Source of the DNA: a plasmid
Length of the DNA: 64,000 nucleotides
Direction: 5' to 3' (one strand)
Sequence record: NZ_CP019209.1
The notes under the pieces are model-generated. The model was not told the origin of the DNA, ran no database searches, and was given only the letters and a program-made list of their open reading frames with translations. Within the stretch, counting starts at the first letter, position 1; every line of letters begins with the position of its first letter. Positions 9,366 through 18,695 of the stretch are shown here, piece by piece. The translations under genes were made by a program, and so were the position numbers.

Positions 9366-10655
9366 TTATTTGAGTAACTCATTAATTTCCTTTTGAGTAG
9401 CTTTCATCGTTTCATTGACGGAATTACCTGATAAAATTTTATCCCGCATATCCAACAATTTTTGTTCAGCTTCTAATCCAGCATCTCCAGGAAATGAACT
9501 CCAACTGACCATCTTATCCATCTGATCAATTGCTGGTATCATCATCTGATTTTCAGCTAAGAAAGCTTTTAATCCATTTTGGGCGTCTGCAACATCTTTA
9601 CGTGGTGGTAAATAACCAGTACCTTCTGTCCATTTAGCTAAAGATTCAACACTATAAAGATATTTTAAGAAATCCCAAGTTGCTTCCTTTTTCTTATCCG
9701 TTTGTGATGTAACAGCTAACATTGCGCCACCAGCAGGTAGTTTAACTTTTTTCCCTTCCCAACTTGGTGACTCAACTGCTTTAGCAGTAAAAGTACTATT
9801 TTTTTGAATGTTGTCCCTTTGAGCAATAGTGGTATAGACCATCGCGACGTTACCATCAATAAAGCTTTGCACACCTTGTTCCCACGTAGTGTGTAATGCC
9901 GTCTGGTCTTTTACCATCCTTTGATATAATTCATAAGCAGCGATACCATCTTTAGAAGCAAAGGTAGCTTTGCCATCTTTTATTACACTTGCCCCATTAC
10001 TTTCTAAAATTGCTTGTTGTGCCCAATTATCAGCAGGTTCTTGAATATACACGCCATACTTTCCAGTTTTTTCTTTTATTATCTTAGAAAAAGTTTGAAC
10101 TTCTTCCCAAGTTTTTGGACCATTTTCATCCAAGCCCGCTGCTTTTAATATATCTTGATTTAAATATAAAACCGGATTACTAATGGAGTAAGGAATACCC
10201 ACTTGTTTACCATCTTTTTCAGACAGTGCCATGATATTGTCTAAAAAATGATCTTTAAAATAATCAGCATTATCCGGATCCACTTCTTCTACTAAAGATT
10301 GAGGATTAGTATATTTGAAATTTTCTGCAAAATAATCTTTAAAAGCCCATCCCACTTGTACTACGTCCGGTATTTCTTTGGAGGCAACAGAAGCTTGTAA
10401 ATTTTGCATCAAGCCTTTATACATATCAGGATTATATTTTGCTACAACCTTCACTTTGTCTTGAGATTGATTGTATTTATCTACTAATTCATTCACTGTT
10501 TTTCCACCTAGGGTATCCGCATTAACATGCCAATACTCTATCGTTACACGACCCTCCGATTTTTTTGTTGTCTTGGTATTCCCACTACCACAAGCTGCCA
10601 AAGAGATGACACTTAAAACAGACACAACCCCTATAACAAGATTTTTCTTTAACAT
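9366..10655 (-). CDS. Extracellular solute-binding lipoprotein of the ABC uptake system
   Basis: Signal peptide with lipobox LAACGS, about 430 aa, SBP family 1-like. Confidence 0.8.
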   Translation of the reverse strand: MLKKNLVIGVVSVLSVISLAACGSGNTKTTKKSEGRVTIEYWHVNADTLGGKTVNELVDKYNQSQDKVKVVAKYNPDMYKGLMQNLQASVASKEIPDVVQVGWAFKDYFAENFKYTNPQSLVEEVDPDNADYFKDHFLDNIMALSEKDGKQVGIPYSISNPVLYLNQDILKAAGLDENGPKTWEEVQTFSKIIKEKTGKYGVYIQEPADNWAQQAILESNGASVIKDGKATFASKDGIAAYELYQRMVKDQTALHTTWEQGVQSFIDGNVAMVYTTIAQRDNIQKNSTFTAKAVESPSWEGKKVKLPAGGAMLAVTSQTDKKKEATWDFLKYLYSVESLAKWTEGTGYLPPRKDVADAQNGLKAFLAENQMMIPAIDQMDKMVSWSSFPGDAGLEAEQKLLDMRDKILSGNSVNETMKATQKEINELLK

Positions 10656-10798
10656 AACATTAACTTCCTCCTAATTTCTTTATGGCCATTTTTCTAATCA
10701 AGAAATATTATGAACTACCAATGTAAATTTCTAGTTAATTTTCTGTAAATAATTCGAAATTTGTGCATTTCGGGGTACAGGGTCACTGGACATATCCA

Positions 10799-11563
10799 TC
10801 AAGCTAAGAATAAAGCCCCCATATGGTCATGTATCCCATCTCCAAATCTCTTAACTCCTCTGTTTTGATTATAAAATAGTTTATTCTGTGCTCCTTTCTT
10901 CCATAAATAGGCCCATGCACAACGTGAGGTTATATTATAAACACCACAGCGCGCAAGGTACTCAATCGTTTCTAGTTCATTGACTGTCCATACAGAAAAT
11001 GTCAATCCTAGCTGCTGCCCCACTTCACGGGCCAACTTAGTTAACCATCCTTCATGAATATTGACGATTTGAACGCTTTGATAGGCTAATTTCTGTAAGG
11101 TATCGATCAAATCTGCTTCGGTAATATCCCCAAGTTTTTTCCCTTCGAACTGATTTTCAATATTATAAAATATATGCTTTCCCCAAATCGCAGCCCAAGA
11201 TAATTGTACATAGCCACTAAGAACAATTTGTGGCCAGATTTGATAGGTTTGTGCCAGCGAAAAAACGGCCATTTCCAATCCCTCTTCTTTTAAATCACAG
11301 TTAATGGTCATGGTTGCCTTCTCATTGGCCACTGCTTGAAACACCTGCTCAAGGGTTACCGAATCTGGGACAACTTCTTACCTGTCATGGGCTAGTATTA
11401 GCGTACCATCTGTTTGCTGACGCACATCTACTTCAAAACAAAGCTGGCGATCCAAACAAAAGCGAAGAAATGCCCAGCTATTCTCCTCCGTATTGTCACT
11501 ACCAGAGTGTGCAGTGATCATGGTCATTTTGACCCCTCCTTTAATTCCGTGATTTTCTCCCAC
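10799..11563 (-). pseudogene. Glycerophosphodiester phosphodiesterase (GDPD) gene interrupted by an in-frame TAA (at 11378-11380)
   Basis: The two ORFs (61 aa and 181 aa) are in the same frame, separated by one stop right after the conserved LAHDR motif. The N-terminal part MTMITAHSG...FEVDVRQQTDGTLILAHD is typical GDPD. Confidence 0.6.
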
Positions 11564-12003
11564 ACGTCCACTATACCGATGAAGCGTTAATTTCTTGTTA
11601 ATTTCTTGTAAATTCCCTGCGTTTTTTCAGTAAACTAGTTGTAAATCTTGCATGCTCCTTCCTACGAACTCATGAATCGTCGATTTTGCCCTTCTAGCTA
11701 GTTTCACCAATTAAGTAGTTCTACATTCCCCGCTTTTAACCTACTACACCTTTTTTTGTTTTCAGCTATTCCTTCTTCTTGCTGAAAGTCCTTGAGGTTC
11801 TTTCTTACAGGATACCATCAAGGTGTTCAATGGCTTATTCCCATTGAATGACCGAGACTTACTATCAGATTTCTGCTCGTTGAACCAAGTCTTTGATACA
11901 GGATTTCTTCCGTCATCTTCTCACAAATACCACCTTGCGTTTCTCTAGCGATTGGTCGATGTGCACCCTCCCAGTGGACTGTCACTACCCCTTTTTGCTA
12001 TGC

Positions 12004-13500
12004 CTAGCCCACAAAAAAAGCTGTCCTCACAGACAGCCAGACTGTAGACAAAAGCTGTTCCAAACTCGTAACTCGAGCTTGGAACAGCTTTTTATCTACT
12101 TCGTTTCGAATTTTTGAACAAAAAAATAAAGGCTCCTTGCCTTTCCATAGCCAGGTGGCTAATTTCTTTAAATTCATTGCAGCAAACACTAGCATCGTAT
12201 GCGTCGCGACTTTTTCCAAGCCTCGATACTTGGTCCAACGCATCCCATGCTTTTCTTTTGCATCCGCAAATATTCGTTCAATCGTTTGTTTCCGTTTTTT
12301 GTAAATTGATTTATTCAGATCTGTTAGGCGAAGATGTTCCACTTCATCCATCAGATCTCCCCAAACATGTCTCGTGATGACTCGTTGATGATTTTTACTT
12401 ATGGTACATTGGTTTAGCAGAGGACAGTTCACACATTCTTTTGGATTGGATTTGTATTCTCGGTACCCTTCTCGAGTAACCGTTGAAAAAGCGAGCATTT
12501 GATCTTGCGGACAAATATAACAATCAAAATACTCGTCATAGAGAAACTCATTTTTTGATAATAGCCCCTTTTTCCCTTTGGGCCTTGAATAAGGCAAACA
12601 AGGTCGAAGGTTCAAATGAGTCAAAAAGTGAACAAACTTAGGTGTCTTATACCCAGCATCAGCGACAACACAATTGATTTCAGGAAAAAGTCTCTTCGAT
12701 TGTTTGACGAGCTGAAAGGCGACTTGACTGTCATGAATATTTCCAGGAGTGATGATTGTGCTAAGAATAAATCCATTGTCGTCGCATGAAGTATGGGCAG
12801 AATAAGCAAATTGTTTTTCTCGTTCGCCTTTGACGTAGTAGCCGCTTTCCGGATCAGCTTTACTTATTTTTCTTTCTTTCAGCTTCACTTCCTTTTCTAA
12901 GTCCAAAGTAAAAGGGCGTTTTCCAGCCTCTATTCGTTGACGATTGATCTCATCTTCTAATTCATCCTGATAGGCTTTCGCTTCATCATGGGTCATTTCT
13001 TTCGTAAACTTATGTTTATTGGCGTTAGCTTTGATGTGGGTAGAATCCAGATACAAATTATCCTCTGTTACAAAACCTGCTTTAACTGCTTGTTCTAAAA
13101 TATAGGCAAAAATATCCTCAAACACCGTCGTTTCTCTAAATCGGCGAACATAATTCTTTCCAAAAGTTGAGAAATGGGGGATTTTCTCCTCGAAGGAGTA
13201 GCCTAAGAACCAGCGGTAAGCGACATTGGTATCGACTTCCTTAATGGTTTGTCGCATGGAACGGATACCGAATAAATACTGAATAAACACCAATTTGATC
13301 AGAATCACTGGATCGATACTTGGGCGACCTAAATCGGAGTAAGTGGCTTCGACGATTGGATAAATAAATTCAAAATCAAGCGCGGCATCAATCTTTCGAA
13401 CGAGATGATCTTGAGGAACTAGATCATCAATCGTAAGCATCGCAAATTGATTTCTACCATTCGTATTGTTTTTAGACATCATAGCTATCACTCCTTGCAT
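12004..13500 (-). CDS. IS1182-family transposase (498 aa)
   Basis: N-terminal LVPQDHLVRKI motif typical of IS1182/IS5-superfamily transposases. The ORF reads through the terminal IR and ends 34 nt into flanking DNA. Confidence 0.8.
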   Translation of the reverse strand: MQGVIAMMSKNNTNGRNQFAMLTIDDLVPQDHLVRKIDAALDFEFIYPIVEATYSDLGRPSIDPVILIKLVFIQYLFGIRSMRQTIKEVDTNVAYRWFLGYSFEEKIPHFSTFGKNYVRRFRETTVFEDIFAYILEQAVKAGFVTEDNLYLDSTHIKANANKHKFTKEMTHDEAKAYQDELEDEINRQRIEAGKRPFTLDLEKEVKLKERKISKADPESGYYVKGEREKQFAYSAHTSCDDNGFILSTIITPGNIHDSQVAFQLVKQSKRLFPEINCVVADAGYKTPKFVHFLTHLNLRPCLPYSRPKGKKGLLSKNEFLYDEYFDCYICPQDQMLAFSTVTREGYREYKSNPKECVNCPLLNQCTISKNHQRVITRHVWGDLMDEVEHLRLTDLNKSIYKKRKQTIERIFADAKEKHGMRWTKYRGLEKVATHTMLVFAAMNLKKLATWLWKGKEPLFFCSKIRNEVDKKLFQARVTSLEQLLSTVWLSVRTAFFVG

Positions 13501-13573
13501 TCGTTTTCATAAATCTATTATAAAAGAAAAGACTGTAGACATCATCCATAAAATGGACTTTGTCTACAGTCTG
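12038..13573 (-). mobile_element. IS1182-family insertion sequence, inserted into the 3' end of an IS256-family transposase gene
   Basis: Terminal IRs CAGACTGTAGACAAAG (16/17 match) at both ends. The 5' end carries the perfect palindrome gactgtagaca...tgtctacagtc. Confidence 0.65.
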
Positions 13574-14722
13574 CGCATTCTCATTAGAGAACACTCCCTT
13601 TTTTGTGACTTTTCTGAAGCTAGAGTGAATACTTTCAACTGCATTAGTAGTGTACATGATTTTTCTAATGGCGCTGCCATAATCAAAGAGTTGTTCAACA
13701 TGAGAAAAGTTTCGTTTGCATACATCTACTGCACCAGAATAATGAGACCACCGATTTTGAAAACTGTCGAAGGCAGCGTGTGCAGCGTTTAAAGAAGAAG
13801 CACTGTAGAATTTTTTCATGTCTCGACAGACTTCCTTATAATCCTTACTTGGGAGGTATCGTAACGCATTTCGAACAAGATGAACAATACAGCGCTGCAC
13901 AATGACAGAAGGAAAAATTGCTTTTGCGCCTTCTTTGAGACCGGAAACACCGTCCATCGAAATGAAAAAAACATCTTCTACACCACCTACTTTCAGTTCA
14001 TCAAATACTTGCATCCAGCGATTTTTAGATTCTGTTTGATTGAGCCATAGGCCTAAAATCTCCTTGTTTCCTTTAAGATCATAGCCAAGAATGGTGTACA
14101 CAGCATATTCTTTAGCTTCATAGTTTTCGCGTAAAGTGACGTACATACAATCAACGAATAGAAATGCATAACACTTGGCTAATGGCCGAGCTTGCCATTC
14201 TTCCAATTCAGGAAGGACGGCATCCGTGATATCAGAAATCATTTCGTGGGAAATATCAAAGCCGTAAATATCTTCAACGGTTGCGGCGATATCGCATTGA
14301 CTCATTCCTCGTGCATACATGGAAAGAACCTTACCTTCGATGTCGGAGACATCTCGTTTTCTATTAGGAATCAACTCAGGTTCAAAAGAAGCCTCCCGGT
14401 CTCTGGGAACATCAATGTTTACTTTACCAAAGCTCGTTTTAAGCGTCTTATTGCCATAACCGTTTCGTCGATTGTCATGTTTCTTTGGCTCTTTAGAATG
14501 GGCGTCATACCCTAAATGGTTATTCAATTCTCCTTGAAGCATTTTTTCAAATAAGGGACCAAACACATCTTTTAAAACATCTTGCATATCCTCTACAGAT
14601 TCGGGTTGATAAGTATTCAAAATGGATTCAGCTAACTTCTCAGCATCAGGATTTCTTTTCTTTCTAGCCATCGTGTAATCACCTCTTGATCTTATTTTAG
14701 AAAAATAAAAACCGTGAAGCAA
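13472..14722 (-). CDS. IS256-family transposase (ISEf1/ISEfm2-like), 3' end disrupted by the IS1182-family insertion
   Basis: IS256-family motifs are present (NAVESIHSSFRKVTKKGVFSNENA). The last 32 codons and the stop are encoded by the inserted IS1182-family end. Confidence 0.8.
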   Translation of the reverse strand: MLHGFYFSKIRSRGDYTMARKKRNPDAEKLAESILNTYQPESVEDMQDVLKDVFGPLFEKMLQGELNNHLGYDAHSKEPKKHDNRRNGYGNKTLKTSFGKVNIDVPRDREASFEPELIPNRKRDVSDIEGKVLSMYARGMSQCDIAATVEDIYGFDISHEMISDITDAVLPELEEWQARPLAKCYAFLFVDCMYVTLRENYEAKEYAVYTILGYDLKGNKEILGLWLNQTESKNRWMQVFDELKVGGVEDVFFISMDGVSGLKEGAKAIFPSVIVQRCIVHLVRNALRYLPSKDYKEVCRDMKKFYSASSLNAAHAAFDSFQNRWSHYSGAVDVCKRNFSHVEQLFDYGSAIRKIMYTTNAVESIHSSFRKVTKKGVFSNENAQTVDKVHFMDDVYSLFFYNRFMKTNARSDSYDV

Positions 14723-14766
14723 CCACCCGCCTAGGATTGATGGTTACTTACACGGTTTATATTACA

Positions 14767-14790
14767 CTCTCATTTTTGGTGCTAAAAAGC
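14767..14790 (-). terminator. Intrinsic terminator for the FtsX-type ABC operon
   Basis: ggtgctaaaaagcacc perfect stem followed by a T-run on the minus strand, immediately after the permease stop at 14801. Confidence 0.5.
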
Positions 14791-14800
14791 ACCGAAAATT

Positions 14801-16177
14801 TTAATTATTGTCAATTAATAATTCTTTTGGATTCCTTCTTAATATATTGAATGAAGAAATAATCAATGATACAAGAAGTACTAAACTCATAAATATAACT
14901 ACATAAATCATGAATTTAGGTAATACATTGATATCTAAACTTGATAATGTCTTGTTAAATCCTTCAGCTTCTGCCCCACCACCTAATTGGCTAGATGCAG
15001 ATTGTTTAGCTATTTGTTTAGCTATATCACCAGTAACCTTATTCAATATATTATTCCCAAGCTTGTCAGCTGTATATTGAGCTAAGAAATAGGAACCAAC
15101 GAATGCGGGGATTGATATAAATACCATCTCAATTAGGAATTGACCAAAAATTTCTAATTTTGATATACCTAATGATAGTAATACTGCTATTTCTTTCTTT
15201 CTAGCATTCATCCATAAGAATAATAATAATGAAACTACAACTCCTGCAAATATTAATGAGCCAAAAAATAATTTATTTGAAATTGAGTAAATACCTGATA
15301 TAGATTGTTGTAATGCAGGGTAATTTGATGAACTTTTAATCAAATTATATTCTCTCCAATTTATATCTAATTTCCCAAGATCTTTTATTACACTATCAAG
15401 ATTCTTATCACCTTTTACAAAGAATGTTGCATCTTGGTATACAGCTGTATCTTCGGTATTACCATAAACTTTAGCAGCTGTATGAATATCAGTGATTAAT
15501 GTATTTTCGTATAGTTCTTGTGCTGCACTTACTCCACCGCTATTATGCCCATCGAATAGACCTTTAATTTCTACTTCTACTGTTTCATCTGCACCTTTCT
15601 CATTATCAGCATCAAATAAATTAGATTTTATTTTTATCTTATCTCCAACTTTAAGGTTATTTTTTTCAGCTAAATCTTTATGCATTAAGATTTTATTTTT
15701 ATCTTCATTTTCTAAATGCTTTCCTTCTACTAATTTATATGCTTCTGATACAAATTTTGTTTCTTTTGTTGAGTCGTTAACCCCAGTTAACATAACTGTT
15801 CTTTTAAAATTCTTTGCTCTTTCAGGTGATTGATTCGCAAGAGTCTCTTGAGTTTCAATAATATCATAATCAACTAAATCTGCAACACTGTTTATTCTTT
15901 TTACATAGGAGTCTATACTATCTGTTTGAGATATCTTTTTAATATCTTCACCTTTTACATTTCCCCCACCTCTAGGTGTTCCTGGATTTACTTGTCTATT
16001 TATCTCCATAGAAAAACTATTTGTTATATTAGCAAATGTTTCTTTTGAAGCTCTGTCCGTAGCATCTTTAATAGATAAACTAATGAGACTTAAAGTTGAC
16101 ATAGATAAAATAACTAATATGATAATTAATGATTTTAAACTTTTTCTAGTTACATAAGCAAATGCATTTTTTATCAT
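14801..16177 (-). CDS. FtsX-like (MacB-type) ABC permease with large extracytoplasmic domain
   Basis: N-terminal TM, about 250-aa extracellular domain, C-terminal FtsX 3-TM bundle; translationally coupled to the ATPase (ATGA overlap). Confidence 0.75.
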   Translation of the reverse strand: MIKNAFAYVTRKSLKSLIIILVILSMSTLSLISLSIKDATDRASKETFANITNSFSMEINRQVNPGTPRGGGNVKGEDIKKISQTDSIDSYVKRINSVADLVDYDIIETQETLANQSPERAKNFKRTVMLTGVNDSTKETKFVSEAYKLVEGKHLENEDKNKILMHKDLAEKNNLKVGDKIKIKSNLFDADNEKGADETVEVEIKGLFDGHNSGGVSAAQELYENTLITDIHTAAKVYGNTEDTAVYQDATFFVKGDKNLDSVIKDLGKLDINWREYNLIKSSSNYPALQQSISGIYSISNKLFFGSLIFAGVVVSLLLFLWMNARKKEIAVLLSLGISKLEIFGQFLIEMVFISIPAFVGSYFLAQYTADKLGNNILNKVTGDIAKQIAKQSASSQLGGGAEAEGFNKTLSSLDINVLPKFMIYVVIFMSLVLLVSLIISSFNILRRNPKELLIDNN

Positions 16178-16833
16178 TATTCAACCTCCAAATTCATTTT
16201 ATTTACTTTTTTCAACTTTTTACCACTTAGTTCTAAAATGATATCCGCAGAATCTGCTACTTCCTTACTATGTGTTACAACTATTACACATTTATTTCTA
16301 TCTTTAGCTAATGTCTTTAATATATTAATTATTTCTCCAGCAGTAACACTGTCTAGATTACCAGTAGGCTCATCAGCTAGTATTATTGGAGCATCTGATA
16401 CCAATGCTCTAGCAATAGCTACTCTTTGTTGCTGTCCACCAGATAATTTCATAACATTTCTTTTTATTTGTTTTTTATCTAAACCTAGTTCAAACAAGAT
16501 ACTTTCATCTGCTGATTTATTTACTAATCTAATATTTTCAATTGGTGATAAATAATCTATTAAATTATAGTTTTGAAATACTAAAGATATATTATTTTTT
16601 CTATGATTACTATATCCTTTATTTTGTATATCTTCATTCTTAAACAATATTTTTCCTGTTTGAGGTTTATCAAGTCCAGCAAGTAAGGAAAGAAGTGTAG
16701 ATTTTCCTGTTCCTGACTTTCCTACTATCGCATAAAACTTCCCAAGTTCAAATTTTTGATTTACTCCTGACAAAACTTTTTCTTTAGAATTTGCATAACT
16801 ATATGCTACATTCTTTATTTCTAATATATCCAT
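16177..16833 (-). CDS. ABC transporter ATP-binding protein (MacB/LolD-like)
   Basis: Walker A GKSGTGKST, signature LSGGQQQR, Walker B ILADEPTGNLD. Confidence 0.85.
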   Translation of the reverse strand: MDILEIKNVAYSYANSKEKVLSGVNQKFELGKFYAIVGKSGTGKSTLLSLLAGLDKPQTGKILFKNEDIQNKGYSNHRKNNISLVFQNYNLIDYLSPIENIRLVNKSADESILFELGLDKKQIKRNVMKLSGGQQQRVAIARALVSDAPIILADEPTGNLDSVTAGEIINILKTLAKDRNKCVIVVTHSKEVADSADIILELSGKKLKKVNKMNLEVE

Positions 16834-16842
16834 TATTTTCTC

Positions 16843-18120
16843 CTAACTTATTTTTGATAAGATTTCTTTAGGCTTCTTGATTAACATTAATGAAGAAGCA
16901 AATACAACTGATAAAACAATAATACTTATTAATATTAAATAACTTTGTCCAAGTGTTGTTATATTTGACATAAAACTACTATTATTTATTAAACTTCCAC
17001 CGGAAATCATTGAATCCTCTGAGTTAATGAATCCATCTACAATTACTTTTAGTAATACATTTCCTAAAAATAAGGAAGATATTATACTTGGTATCGATAT
17101 GAATATTAACTCGAATATAAATTGCATTATAATTTGTATCTTAGATGTTCCAATAGATAAGAATATACCTATTTCATAAATTCTTTCCCTTAACCATAGA
17201 ATCAAGATTAATGAAAGAACAACCATCCCACCTAACATAATAGAATAAGTCATTACTTTTATTATATATTTTATTCCACTCACTGACTCTAAAGACTCTT
17301 CAAACGCATTAGAATCTTTTTCAACAAAATACTTTGACTCATCAATTTTAAGCTCTTTCAATTTGTTTAAGGCTAAGTCTGTAGATTCTGCACTACCAGA
17401 ATACATTAAAATTTTATTTGCAATTTCATTATTTTCTGAATTATTTAATATCTCTTGGCTTGTTGAATAATCTACAAACACCATATTTTCACTAAAATCA
17501 GAAGATAATCCTGTATATGTTTCCTGTTTTTTACCAGAAAAGATCCCTATAATTTTAAATTTATGACTTTTTATTTTTCCACTTTTTTCAATATCTAGTA
17601 ATTCAAGATCAACTTCATCACCTAATTTTAGATTGTTTTGTTTAGCAAATTCTTCATGAACAATAATTGAATTCTTATCATTTTCTTCTATATTTTTACC
17701 TTCTTTAATTGTAAATACTCCACTACTAAATAAAATATTTCTTTTAGTATTATTTGTAGCTTCGAGTGAAACAACATTCTTAAATTCGTCAGATAAATCT
17801 TCTCTATTTATTCTTTGTTCTCCGCTAACTACTTTAGCATCTTTTAGTTTTGCTAATCCATCATATTGAATTATTTTTTCTTCAATTTCTTTTAATTTTT
17901 CAATATCTTTAAATTGATTAACATTAAAATATTTACCATCTTTTTTTGTTATTGATATTGAAGAATTAGAACTTTCATATAAAGCCTTTTCTATTTCATT
18001 GCTTGATTTCATTATTGTTAAACAAGAATACAAGCAAGAAAGAACTATAGTTAATATGATAAAAATTATTAAAGTTCTATTTTTCTTTCTTGTAATATAT
18101 GCTATAGCATTTTTTATCAC
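16843..18120 (-). CDS. Second FtsX-like ABC permease (heterodimer partner)
   Basis: Same architecture as 14801-16177 but a distinct sequence. Confidence 0.75.
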   Translation of the reverse strand: MIKNAIAYITRKKNRTLIIFIILTIVLSCLYSCLTIMKSSNEIEKALYESSNSSISITKKDGKYFNVNQFKDIEKLKEIEEKIIQYDGLAKLKDAKVVSGEQRINREDLSDEFKNVVSLEATNNTKRNILFSSGVFTIKEGKNIEENDKNSIIVHEEFAKQNNLKLGDEVDLELLDIEKSGKIKSHKFKIIGIFSGKKQETYTGLSSDFSENMVFVDYSTSQEILNNSENNEIANKILMYSGSAESTDLALNKLKELKIDESKYFVEKDSNAFEESLESVSGIKYIIKVMTYSIMLGGMVVLSLILILWLRERIYEIGIFLSIGTSKIQIIMQFIFELIFISIPSIISSLFLGNVLLKVIVDGFINSEDSMISGGSLINNSSFMSNITTLGQSYLILISIIVLSVVFASSLMLIKKPKEILSKIS

Positions 18121-18136
18121 TTTCCTAACTACTCCT

Positions 18137-18296
18137 CTCTATTTTCTTACTCCATAACTAATTGCATCCACTGGACAAGCATTTTTACATCGTCCACATC
18201 TGATACACTCCAGATGATTGCAATTCTCAACTGAATCTTTATTCATTTGGCAAACTTTTTTACATTTTCCACAATTAATACACTTATCCTTATCCT
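18137..18296 (-). pseudogene. 3' fragment of a 2x[4Fe-4S] ferredoxin-type domain gene, 5' end removed by the IS3-family insertion
   Basis: Minus-strand translation QDKDKCINCGKCKKVCQMNKDSVENCNHLECIRCGRCKNACPVDAISYGVRK* has two CxxCxxCxxxC(P) motifs. A GAGGAG RBS 8 nt before the permease start shows former co-transcription. Confidence 0.5.
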
Positions 18297-18369
18297 GAAT
18301 CGGCTACACTAGACTAGACAGAAAAAATAAGGTGTGTAGAATAATAAAAAACACACTGGAGGATTTTTC

Positions 18370-18660
18370 ATGCCAAGACGTCAACGAAGAACCTATTCAA
18401 AAGAATTCAAACAACAAATCGTCGATCTCTATCTCGCTGGTAAGCCTCGCGCAGAAATTATTCGAGAGTATGAGCTTACGCCTTCTTCTTTCGATAAATG
18501 GATGAAGCAAGCACAATCAACGGGCTCATTCAAAGAAAGAGACAACTTAACACCAGAACAAGCAGAATTGATCGCACTAAGAAAGAAAAATAAGCAACTC
18601 GAAATGGAGAATGATATTTTAAAGCAAGCGGCGCTGATATTCGGACGAAAAGACAAGTAA
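18370..18660 (+). CDS. IS3-family transposase OrfA (HTH, leucine zipper)
   Basis: 96 aa, RRQRRTYSKEFKQQIVDLY motif. Confidence 0.8.
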   Translation: MPRRQRRTYSKEFKQQIVDLYLAGKPRAEIIREYELTPSSFDKWMKQAQSTGSFKERDNLTPEQAELIALRKKNKQLEMENDILKQAALIFGRKDK

Positions 18661-18695
18661 TTGATGCCAACAAGCATAAATATTCCATATCAGCG

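Noticed and set aside
9099-9377. 92-aa plus-strand ORF
   Set aside because: Lies antisense within the ABC permease gene 8409-9299 and its intergenic region; the permease has membrane-protein character, this ORF does not.
10471-10674. 67-aa ORF antisense to the solute-binding protein gene
   Set aside because: Completely inside a convincing SBP gene on the other strand.
11893-12377. 74-aa and 87-aa plus-strand ORFs
   Set aside because: Both overlap the IS1182-family element end/transposase C-terminus or the IS256 remnant on the opposite strand; no RBS.
13466-14515. 108-aa and 107-aa plus-strand ORFs
   Set aside because: Antisense within the IS256-family transposase gene.
15492-16555. 113-aa and 105-aa plus-strand ORFs
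   Set aside because: Antisense within the FtsX permease and ABC ATPase genes; low-complexity S/L/F-rich translations typical of AT-rich antisense frames.
18429-18677. 82-aa ORF antisense to IS3-family orfA (and its twin at 21043-21291)
   Set aside because: Entirely antisense within a well-supported transposase OrfA gene; no RBS. Typical antisense artefact.
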